DNA of 64,000 nt from Camelus dromedarius (lineage: Eukaryota). Where the stretch lies: contig NC_087436.1 in NCBI RefSeq assembly GCF_036321535.1, forward strand, positions 40,922,001-40,986,000, given 5' to 3'. A model generated the notes under the pieces. That model was not told where the DNA came from. It worked only from the letters and a program-made list of their open reading frames with translations, and made no database searches. The translations under genes were made by a program, and so were the position numbers. Shown here piece by piece: positions 53,200 through 64,000 of the stretch. Positions within the stretch are counted from its first letter, which is position 1. Each line of letters begins with the position of its first letter.

Positions 53200-54420
53200 G
53201 TTTGAACTATCAGAATGATAGGAAATTAGGGAGGAAGATTTAGAAGGGTGAATTCTGAAATCTCTGTATAAATTCTCCTTAACATGATAACTGACTCCAA
53301 AACTTATTCATGTGTAGGCTGAGACTCTAAGAAGCACAGTGGAAAGCTAGAGATGTGAGGTTAAAAAGCTTAGCAAAGATTTCAGGATCTCTTTGTTGCC
53401 AGAGAGTTCAAATTTCAGGATTAAACTAGAAATCGGAGATTTGCCAAGTGAATGCAACATGTGATTCTGATTATAGACAAAGATAATAAAATGAGAAAGT
53501 CTAGAATATTGTTCATTGACTTTTCAGAAAGAGATGAGGCAATGACCAGCGTAGAGAAATATTTGAAAAGATAATGACAGAATTTTTTGATATTAATCTT
53601 AAAGCTAAAGGAAGAAACCTTATAAACCACAGGAAAATGAATAAAATCATATTGAGGTACATCATAAAACTACCAAAAGTTAAAATAAAGAGGAAAACAT
53701 TAAGACAGCCAAGGGAAAAAAAGGTAGGTTACCTTCAAACAGACAACAGATAAAAAAGATTATTTCCCTATGAAAACAATGTAGAACAAAAAGCAATGGA
53801 CTATTATCTTTCAAAAAGCTGAAATAAAATCCCTGCTGAGTTATAATTTTGTGTCTTTTGATAGTATCTTTCAAGAATGAAACAAATATTGAAAGATTTT
53901 AGCAGAACTGCATCAAAATTGCAAAATATCAAAGCATCCTTCAGAAAAATGGAAAATGAACTCAAAATGAAGCTCATTTTGGATGAAGGAATTAAGAAAA
54001 ATAAAAAGACTAAAAACGAGAGTAAATCTAAATAAATACTAACATATAAAACAATGATATCTGATGGTTATGGTTTTATATGATAAAATATATACAAAAT
54101 TCAAATATCCAGCAACAATAGCATGGAAGTTGGATAAGCAGAAAGTAGAATTAAAACATTAGAAAGGCCTTACATTTTGATTGCTAAGTCAAGGATACTA
54201 ATTTTCATTTTCAGCAGCTTGCATTTCTTTAACAATAATAAAAGCATAACCAACAACTCAATAAAATATTCATTACAGATTAATGCAAGGAATGAGAGGG
54301 AGAAAAATGGATCCACACACATATTATCAAAGTATTTCAACAGAGACGCTAGAGCAAATTTATTGGTTAAAAAGAAAGTCTTCTCAACAAATAGTACTAA
54401 AAATGTTCTAAAAAGATGCC
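53200..54420 (+). mobile_element. Ancient L1 (or HAL1-like) 5'/ORF1 remnant plus a short ORF2 piece
   Basis: gaaatatttgaaaagataatgacagaatttt, aagacagccaagggaaaaaa, tatctttcaagaatgaa (ORF1-like); aaagtcttctcaacaaatagt (ORF2-like). Confidence 0.55.
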
Positions 54421-54572
54421 TACAAGAGGAAGATACTTTGATTAGTGTTGACAAAATTTTCATTATGTTCAACAGGATTGGATTAACAAATTGCTCTTTT
54501 GGTTTCACTTTCTAATATTCACTCTTGAAACAGAGGGAGTATTTCCATCATAGTTGAAGAGTTGGGAGAAGA

Positions 54573-55529
54573 TGCTAGGGAGGGTGTGGAGAAAAGGGAA
54601 CCCTCCTACACTGTTGGTGGGAATGCAGTTTGGTGCAGCCATTATGGAAAGCAGTTTGGAGGTTCCTCAAAAAACTAAAAATAGACTTACCATATGATCC
54701 AGCAATCCCACTCTTGGGCATGTATCTGGAGACAACTCTAATTCAAAAATATACATGTACCTCAATGTTCATAGCAGCACTATATACAATAGCCAAGACA
54801 TGAAAAACCTAAGTGTCTATCTATCAACAGATGACTGGATAAAGAAGCTGTGGTATATTTATACAATGGAATACTACTCAGGCATAAAAAAGAGTAAAAT
54901 AATGCCATAAAATAATGTAGCAACATAGATGGACCTGGAGATCGACATTCTAAACGAAGTAAGCCAGAAAGAGCCATTTGAAGCAACACAGGTGGACCTG
55001 GAGATCAACATTTTAAATGAAGTAAGCCAGAAAGAGCCATTTGCAGCAAAATAGATGGACCTGGAGATCGACATTCTAAATGAAGTAAGCCAGAAAGAGC
55101 CATTTGCAGCAACATAGATGGACCTGGAGATCGACATTCTAAATGAAGTAAGCCAGAAAGAGCCATTTGCAGCAACATTGATGGACCTGGGATCAACATT
55201 CTAAATGAAGTAAGCCAGAAAGAGAAAGGAAAATAACTTATCTACAAAACAGAAACAGACTCACAGACATAGTAAACAAACTTATGGTTACTGGGAGGTA
55301 AAGGGGTGTGAAGAGATAAATTGGGAGTTTGAGGTTTGCAAATATTAATTACTATATATAAAGTAGATAAAAAAGCAAATTTCTTTTGTATAGCACAGTG
55401 AACTATACCCAATATCTTATAGTAAACTACAATGAAAAAGAATATGAAAACAAATATACGTATGTATATGTATGTCTGAAACATTATGCTGTACACCAGA
55501 AACTGACAAATATTTCAATTAAAAAAAAA
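54573..55529 (+). mobile_element. 5'-truncated younger L1 with internal tandem array and 16-bp TSD
   Basis: ORF2 3' text, 3'UTR, A-tail; TSD aagagttgggagaaga (54557-54572) / aagagtcgggagaaga (55530-55545), single mismatch at a CpG. Confidence 0.97.
54904..55223 (+). repeat. 63-bp tandem array, 5 copies
   Basis: Unit gccatttgcagcaacatagatggacctggagatcgacattctaaatgaagtaagccagaaaga starting at ~54904, 54973, 55036, 55099, 55162. Confidence 0.97.
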
Positions 55530-56324
55530 AAGAGTCGGGAGAAGAATTTACCTCCAAATCATGAATCATTGTTTTTTTCTTATTTGCGGAAAATGATGCA
55601 GAAATTAAGGTGAGAACAAGGAGATACGTTTTAATAAGTTCTTCCAAAGATACAACATCTTTTTCAGTAAGTATGTTGCAGATATATTTGTAATGTCAAT
55701 ATTGGTATTTCTGGATGGTAATAAAAGGTTGTTTAGGTTATTTATGTTATTTCTTAAAATATCATATGACAAATCTCCACTTACGTATGTATAAGTCTAC
55801 ATCTCCATTTACTTACATTATTATTTACTACATGTGACTACACTTCCCAAAGGAATGTCTACTTCTATCATAATTTTCTCATCAGTCTTTTCAAGATTAA
55901 TCAATTACCTAAAATTATAATTACCATGTTCTCACTATATGTTTTGCCACATAACAGCAAATACTATATTTCATCAACTTTTGTATACTCTCTCTGCCAT
56001 TTGCTACCTCCTTCAAAGAAGTGATTTTAAATAGAATTAAAATTCAAAAATATATATATGTATGTGCTTTTGTATATGTATTTATAGATAAATGTAAATT
56101 CACAAGTGTGTTGAATTTTACTAAAATGGTAATTAGGAAAACTCTTTTAGGAAATTTAAAAAAGATAAAGATTTACTACTTCCAAATGCTTAAAGCAATT
56201 TGAACTACTAATGAAATATTTCTAAGAAGTAAGTTGATCACTGTAAGTGGACATGTGAATTATTTTTAAGTTATATTATCTATTTGCATACAAATTATTA
56301 TTAATAATAAAATCTTAACAATAA

Positions 56325-56500
56325 TATTTATTGACTATTAATATGTGATAGCCACTCTGCTAAACACTTTAAATACATTATTCTTATTAACTTTTATAAC
56401 CACATATTATAGAAAGGCACAGTTAATATATTTTTATTTTTTAAGTAACAAAAGACAGAAATAAAGTGACTCACTCCTGTAATCCAGCTAATAAACGAAG
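56325..56500 (-). mobile_element. MIR SINE remnant
   Basis: atttattgactattaatatgtgatagccactctgctaaacactttaaatacatta. Confidence 0.55.
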
Positions 56501-56853
56501 TTAAAACTAGTCCCAGCTAATGTTGGAATTTGACTTCTCTATACTCTGTATTGCTATATTGCTAAAGTTCTCCAAATATCTTGTTTTTGCAGTGAGGTTT
56601 ACATACACCTATGCTATTTTACAGTATTTTTTGCTCAGAAAACTCTGTGTGAAAGTTTTATTTTTCAGTTTTTCAAAAATTAAATGTCACCCCAAACTTT
56701 CCAAATGATTATATTAATGAAATCTGATTCAATAAGATATTCTCTACTGAGATTAGCAAGTAGAGGCAAGAATTAATGAAGTTTCTCTACTTAGATCATC
56801 AAAGATATGACAATTACCCCAAGTTACTTTCTACTGAATAAAATTTTTAAAAG

Positions 56854-56886
<33 letters not shown>
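56854..56886. repeat. (AAT)n microsatellite
   Basis: Seen directly. Confidence 0.95.
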
Positions 56887-58661
56887 TAGTTTCAGTATTG
56901 TATTAATTGATTTAAACCAAGATATTGATAATCTCCAACTTTTTGTGACTTAATGCAACAAAAATTTATTTTTCCATTAGCTAAAATCAAAAGCAGGTGC
57001 TCCTGTTCTGTAGCAGGAGTGGCAGAGACTTAATGGACTCTATTTCACACAGTTATTTAGGGGTAGAATATTTCAGAATTTCTGATATCTTCAATATATG
57101 GCTTTCAAATTTTTCGTCAACATCCAGTGGGCACAAAAGGGAACAGCAGGAAGACAAATGCAGACCTTACCATCTTAAGATAGAAAATAAACATTTCTGA
57201 TGCTTACTTTTCACTGTGAGAAGAAGTCACCCTAGAAGCAAGGAGTAAGAAATACAGTCCTTGGCTGGTTCAGTAGTTTGAGGCAAGGGGACACAGATTT
57301 TTTCCAAACATCTAGTTACCTTTGCCACAAAGAGAATGTTGAGATTTAACAATGTATTATGAAAATTTTGATACCTAGACTTCCTTAAGCAAATGAGTAA
57401 TCTATCAAGGAAAGTGACGCAAGGATGCTTATAATTAAAATGTAGTAAATCCGTTTGGCACAGGACTTGGCCAAAAGATGATATATTGCAGAACATAGAA
57501 TCTGGCAACAGAGAAGTTGTGAAAACTGTTCAGTTTAAGACTTGAAATAAAGGTTTTGCCTGGCTTATCCAGCCATAACAGTGGTATTCATAATTTCCTT
57601 GTTACAGGAGAAAAATATAGTAATGATACTCAAGAGAACAGGTTTACAGTCCTAAGAAGTCCTTGTTATTTCACACATTGATCTCCAGTGGCTGCCCACT
57701 GGAGATCCACATTACAGGAAACTGATGGAGCTGCCAAAGTGATGCAGAAGCAGGGTGCTCAGTGTTTTCAAAGACATAATGAAGACATATACAGCTCCAC
57801 ATCAATAATATAAATCAAATAATCAAAAGCATTTTCATTCTATAAAGCATGAGGTTCTACTGTATATCACAACTCTTTTGCAGGATTAAATTCTCAATGT
57901 ATTATAAGTATTTCAAACCTCTTTTTAGGCTAATTTGGATGAAATTAAACACATACATCATTGTAACAAATATCTCCCAAATGATTGTGAACTTTGGAAA
58001 TGAGAAAGGGATTAATGGTAATATATTTCATACTTATGTCCTGTCTGTAATGGTTCAATATTTTTCCATGAGGATTTATTATTTCTACCCAACAGACATT
58101 GGACAGACTTTTAATAGACATTACTGGAAGTAATATAAAAAATGACTTCTAAGTACAATAAACTTCACTGCTGTTATTTTTCTCATTGTCTAAGTGACAG
58201 ACCTAATAACCCATGTCAAAATAACAGGAGAAAATAGAGAGGTAGTACACAATTCTTTTTGTGGTTCAAAAATTATGATTAGCAGTGATAAATAAAAGCA
58301 TGAAAAAAGTTGTAAACAAAGGACATGTAAGATCAACAGAAGGAAGTGCATTAAACACATGGCAATGATTTTCTTCAGGAAAGCATTATGCATCAAAGAC
58401 AGTCTGCAGTGGAGGAGACAGTGACTTAGCAGATATGTTCCTGCCAGGATAGTCTATGAATAAGTAATTCAGCCCTTCTTTATCTTCCTCTTTTTCCAGC
58501 AATATCATTCACTGCATCCATCTGTCATGTATAGGCAAAAACTTGGAGACTCAATCATAAATCCAAAGACTTGGAAATTTATCTCTGTGAATTTACCACC
58601 TTAATTTCTCAGGAATTTTTTTAACTTTTAAGCATACAACTTAGCAAGTCATCACTGTCCC

Positions 58662-59071
58662 TTTTTTTCTTTTTTAAAAAAAGCTTTATTGAAGTACAAT
58701 TGATTTATAAAAATCTGCATTAATGTTTACAATTCGATGAGTTTGGACATATGCTTATATCTGTGAAACCATCACTACAATCATAATAAAAAATATCCAT
58801 CACCTCCAAAGTTTCCCAGTGCCTCTTTGGTTTTTGTTTGTTTGTTGATTTGTGTGGTTTATGTGTGTGTGTGGTAAGAACACAACATGAAATCTGCCCT
58901 CTTAACAAATGTTTTAAGTACTCAATAGGATATTGGTAACTATAGGCAGTATGTTGTATGGCACATCTCTAGAAGTCATTCATCTGTGTAACTGAAATTT
59001 CATATCCATTGAACAATACCTTCCCATTTCCCTCGTCTCTAGCCTGTAGCAATCACCAGTCTTTCTGTTTC
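58662..59071 (-). mobile_element. L1MA10/L1MB-like 3' end
   Basis: gctttattgaagtacaattga...gtgaaaccatcactacaatca...gtggtaagaacacaacatgaaatctgccctcttaacaaat...aactataggca. Confidence 0.85.
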
Positions 59072-59349
59072 TTAAATTGTCTTTTCCTATTATTGTTTTT
59101 CTGTTACTTATCTTCTCCAAAATAAGGTCCTTAGTATAACATCTACTTTGTCTAGTATTGCATTATATATTAATTTAAAATTATTTTACTATCTTAAATA
59201 ATTTTATATTGATGTTGGTAAAATAGCCCTATCAATGATTAGTCTAATTTCTCCTTTTATAACTTATGACTAACTCATAGAAATTAAGTAAAATTTTCAA
59301 AGCCATTAATTCCAAAATCATGATAACATCCTAGATTTTGCTTTTATGT

Positions 59350-59510
59350 TTTAAATCAACTTTATTTATATATAACTTACCTACAAAATACAAACCATGT
59401 AAATCTACAATTGAATGAGTTTTTATAAATATTTACATTCAGTAATCAGTAACTCAGTGAAGATACAGGACAAATCCAACAATAATAAATGTTCCCTTCT
59501 GCAGTTTCCT
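59350..59510 (-). mobile_element. Old L1 (L1MB/L1ME) 3' tip
   Basis: caactttatt...tacaattgaatgagtttttataaat...gaagatacaggacaaatcca. Confidence 0.5.
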
Positions 59511-60029
59511 GGTCAGTGTTACCATGCTCCCTGTCCCACCAGCTTAGTTTATCTCTAAATAATACTAGTTCAAGATATTAGGTATTATTATTATTATCCA
59601 AGTTACATAATTTTCAAGAATAGAACTTCTGTGATCTCCTTCTATTTATATGCTTTTAAAATTTTCTTGCTTTTTATTTTTATATATCACTTGTCAATGA
59701 ACATCATGAAAGGTATTTCTGGATATATCATCTGATTATGAATTACAAACAAAGTAGTATAATTTTTAGATCACATGTAAATAATTTTATTCACAGTACT
59801 ATGTTGTATTCCAGAAAACGTATATTATTTTCACTAGTGTCAGTACATGCTAATTGCAGTTTTCACATCTTACTTACTTGATGACTCACCCAAATAGTAA
59901 TAACATATCATGTATAAAATACGAGTTGTAAGACTAGGCTACTCTTGCCTCTTACTATGGAGATCTTCAAAATCTTCATACCATTGTCTATTTAGACTAG
60001 AGGTACATTAAAGTACACTTGGAGATTAT

Positions 60030-60130
60030 TACAAATCTAGGGTTTGCCAGAGGTTAAGGAAAGGGGTGGGGTAGACAGAAATGTGTGTGCCTATAAAAAA
60101 GCAAAATGAAGATCTTTATGGTGATTAATG
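60030..60130 (+). mobile_element. L1MD-like 3'UTR fragment
   Basis: ttgccagaggttaagga...tgtgcctataaaaaagcaaaatgaagatctttatggtgat. Confidence 0.5.
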
Positions 60131-60799
60131 TAGTGATATAATATTTTCAATAAAGGTCATATTTTGAAGTTCTGGGTAGATCTGAATTTTGGAGAGAAAA
60201 AGTATTCAACCCTTTACATCAGTCTATTTCTTTTGTTTGCCAGGATTCTGCCTTCAGTTACTCTCCAATCCCTTAAAATAATTGCTTTTATATTGTTTAC
60301 ATTTTTTATTGTTTTTTAGTGAATGGTAAGTTTAATACAAGCTACCTTTCCATGAGCAGAACTAGACTTCCCATTCCAATATTTCTTTTCTCAAAGCCCT
60401 TGAGGGGTAGCTGGTAGTTGCTGCTATCAATAAGCTACATTCCCCCGAGTATATTGTATAATATAATACACGTGATAAAGGCCCAAGTAGTGTTAGAGTA
60501 GGTGCACCCATGCATGTATCTGTTATTAAATTAAAATATTATTTTCCAATGGTGTGCTTGTGTCTTTGCCACAAATTCAGCACAGTGCCTTACTGAGTAT
60601 CTGGTGTATAGCAACAGCTTAAAAATCATTTACTTAATAAAGTCAGCGGTTGAATGAATGAAAATAGAGAAAAGACTTATAATGATCTTAATATTATGAA
60701 GACACAGGAACCTCCTCAGATATATGAGAGCAAGAATAGAGTAAAAGAATGAGATTTCAGTTTGATTCTACTATTACTAATTATTTTGATTAAAATAGC

Positions 60800-60995
60800 T
60801 AAATTTAATTAGCACCAATTATGTGCCAAGCAATATGATAATTACACTTTACAGACTGTGAGTTTTAACTTTCACATTAATTTCATGAGATGCTACTCAT
60901 AGGTCTTTGTTTTGTTGTTGAACTGGATTCCTAGAGTGATCAGCTGTCTGTTGATATGACTCAACAAACTTCTGCTTGGAACTCTTACTCCAGAA
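60800..60995 (-). mobile_element. MIR SINE remnant
   Basis: agcaccaattatgtgccaagca...; degenerate. Confidence 0.45.
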
Positions 60996-63914
60996 AATGT
61001 ATGCAATTTTCTCCCTTGCATTGATTTAGAGTTAAGATTTAATTTTGAAATCAGTTTAATTTTCTTGACCATTTTAACATATAAAAATTAAGTCTGGGAG
61101 CAACTGACTCAGTGAATTGATAAATCTGACCTAATTTACATGTGAAAAACTGGGCTCAGGGTTTGGCTTATGAATGACACTATTTTTTGCCTGTATGAAG
61201 AAGGCTGAGAGATTTTGCATTCTAGGTATATTAAATTGGTCTGTTCTGCTTAATGTAAAACAGAGACAGAACAAACATGTCAAAAGCTGGGCTGAACTGG
61301 AGACAGCTGATCTGGCAAGTGTCAGAATTAGACAAGCCAAAAGGAATATAGCAGTCAAACCTTTAAACATTTATAGCAAGCGACTAAACAGAGAAAGTGC
61401 TAACTCCCGCAGTGTTCCATTTTTCCCCATGGAAGAGTGTGAGTGTGGGTCAAATATATCAAAACGGATGGGGGTGGGTGGCATGGTCGCATGGCTAAGG
61501 GAGTTCTGAACAAAAGACTCCTGTCATTTCATGGACCCAGGGGCAAAGGAAAGAGCTAGGAGTGAAGACGTAATAAGTCGGAATGGAAAAAAGTGTCTTG
61601 AGATAATTCCTTTCCTCTTCCACAATAAGGAGAATCACCTGAGGAAGCCCTCAGGGAAGGGCCCTTAATAGAGGCTTCTGAGTGGAAGCAGTGGGGCTAG
61701 GAATGCAGTCACACAAGAGAATGGCCAGCAAGGTGGGAATGAGTGTTTAAATGCAGCTCTTGTCAGAGAGTACAATGCTCTGTCTGTGCGCCATTTTTGG
61801 TGTAGGGAGGGCAGCTTTCCCCATGAAGCATGTCAGCAAAAGCCTTGGTAATTTTCTCTGGTCAGTCCTGAAAGATCACAGGTAGGATTTGGCCTAGAGC
61901 CAGACTCTTCAATTCAGCTATCAGTTATTAATACATTAGAGGCAAATAATCTACAACTATGTTCAAACTGTTCTTTATGCTACAGAGAATATATTCTTTC
62001 ATCAAAACTGTGTGCTGCACATGTAGAATGCCAACTAAAACAGTTCAGCTGTTATTCACGTATTTTAGGTTGAAAGATAGATAATGCGCATATGACTTTA
62101 TTAGATTGATGGGAGAACTGCATGGTTTTGCTGTGAAAAGGTGATTAAAAACTTCACATAAAGCCATCATCACAATGCGAACTTTGGAACTGTAAGTGAT
62201 ACATGCTTTTTTCTAGATCAATTCAACAAGACAATTTATAAATATATTTCTCAAGGCATGTAATAATGTGATGTGATATTTCTTTGATTGGATTTTCTTT
62301 TACTTAAATGCAAAGAAATAAGTGATAAATAAATGATATAGTAAAAACTTAAATTAAAATTAATTACTTTGTAAAATTTTACAGTCTTTTTTTTTAAAAC
62401 CTAGGAAAAGCTATTCCTTTGCTCTTTTCATGCAACTCTGTCAGAATCATGGATTTTTTTTTTACTATAGCAGTGGAAAAATAAAAAATATATTTTTAAC
62501 TTATTTAAGCTTTAAATTTACAATTTTCTCTAGAGAAAAAGTACTAAGTTTATTTAGGTGAAAACCTGCTATAATTAAATCTCCTTCTATTGACTAAGAT
62601 GCAATGGGGAAAAACAAGAAAATCAGTCATTTTCTAAAACATTAAACAAAGAATGCAGTACTCTAAATTTAAACCTAAAATATAAAGAAATACCACAACT
62701 GCACCTCAGCAAGATATTCAGAGTTGGTAGCTTATGTATCAAATGTACTCTCTTGCTTCTATTTCTGATATAAACACACAAATATATAGCTTGCTATAGG
62801 TACCTAGATAGGTAGATAGTTAGGTAGATAATATTATGTACACATGCATATGTATATTCATGTGGGAATTTATAATTATTTTAATGACAGTTCAGGGGTA
62901 GGAGGCATGTAAAGAACCCATATATTAGATAAATTTACTTCCTTATCTATTGAACTAATTAAATATATTTAAGCCTTTCATAGCATAGCCATTGTAGGAA
63001 TTCTTCAACATTTTAAGATGTGATGATCATAGGCATTTATTATGCTTATAAAATAATGGAAGTGATTTCTAGCATCCACAGAAGACATCAAACTCATGTC
63101 ACTTAATCTTACTATTAGAGATTTCTCTATGATTTTTTAAAATGGTAGGGATAAAAATGATGTCTTTATTTACTCTTAAAAAAATTGAAGGACCAGCAAT
63201 GCAACATAGCTCTCTGGGGAATGTATTACAGTTTTTTTAACTATAAAGATATTGAATAATACAATGATTCCCGAACGAAAAGTGTTTTGTTATACCTGGA
63301 ATATTTTATAAAAGAGGCAGAAAAATAATTTCCCTCAGGGCAGTCCAATGAAGTAATAGAAATTTCATCTTTCTTCCAAACAAGTATCAGCTCCTATGAT
63401 GTGATAAGTAGGAATAAAATATATAAAAATAACATATTGTGATGGTGTCTGACTTGTCTGTGTGTGTATTTGCAAACAAATGTGTGACAGAGACAAAATA
63501 ACAGAGATTTTTGTCAAAGAAAACATTTAAAAACATTTCATATTGTGTCCATTTCTGACTTACCTTAACATTTTTCTGATTATTAAAATTATAGAAGATA
63601 GTAGGTAATTTAATAGTTATTTTATTTTGTCAAAAACGCATTTGGCTTATATACGTGAAGATGATGTGCCAAATTGTCAAATTACATTCACATGAATCTC
63701 ACACAATATCATTTGAACAAGTGATTCAAGAACTACAGGCTTACAACACAGAGGTAAACCATTCTTTGGGAAAATTTGATCCTGTTAGACACAGTTCCCT
63801 ATAAGAAACCTTTCTTTTCTTACATTAGACCAATGTCTGATTTCAGATTTAATGCAAATTACATTTTGATAGTGGGATAACTCCATTTTATTTTCCCACT
63901 AATTACACAGTTCA

Positions 63915-64000
63915 TGTTTTATTCATTTCAATAGATGTAGAAGAAGTATTTGACAAGATACAATACTCCATTATAAAAACAACAAACAGATTTGAAGGGA
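63915..64000 (+). mobile_element. L1 ORF2 reverse-transcriptase fragment, runs off the window
   Basis: atttcaatagatgtagaagaagtatttgacaagatacaa translates ISIDVEEVFDKIQ, similar to L1 ISIDAEKAFDKIQ. Confidence 0.75.

Noticed and set aside
54170..54515. Pair of 112-aa ORFs on opposite strands
   Set aside because: AT-rich old L1 remnant with non-ATG starts and no coherent protein similarity
54904..55223. CRISPR-like or repeat-protein interpretation of the 63-bp array (minus-strand ORFs with 21-aa repeats)
   Set aside because: No unique spacers and no cas genes; mammalian context; the unit is plain L1 ORF2 sequence and the ORFs are its antisense frames
61712..61740. CTCF site in ggccagcaaggtggg
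   Set aside because: An extra base breaks the CCASYAGRKGGC spacing

Overview
AT-rich mammalian non-coding DNA (intergenic or deep intronic). I found no credible protein-coding exon, tRNA, rRNA or CRISPR array; the short ORFs are chance frames or retroelement remnants. The window is a mosaic of interspersed repeats: 5'-truncated LINE-1s, including four related younger copies with target-site duplications (TSDs), older L1M, L2, CR1/L3 and MIR remnants, about ten solo LTRs and hAT DNA-transposon fossils (Charlie1-like, MER5-like). The L1 3'-end style and the lack of recognisable young SINEs suggest a cetartiodactyl, possibly a camelid (inference). Repeat family names come from recalled consensus sequences and need RepeatMasker/Dfam confirmation. 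The most unusual structures are a 5 x 63-bp in-frame tandem array inside an L1 ORF2 C-terminus (~54.9-55.2 kb), an ERV2-like LTR apparently inserted into the first bases of another LTR within a nested cluster (~20.7-24.9 kb), and a 28-bp perfect hairpin flanked by 6-bp direct repeats (~57.7 kb). I see no evidence for a new multi-gene biological system.
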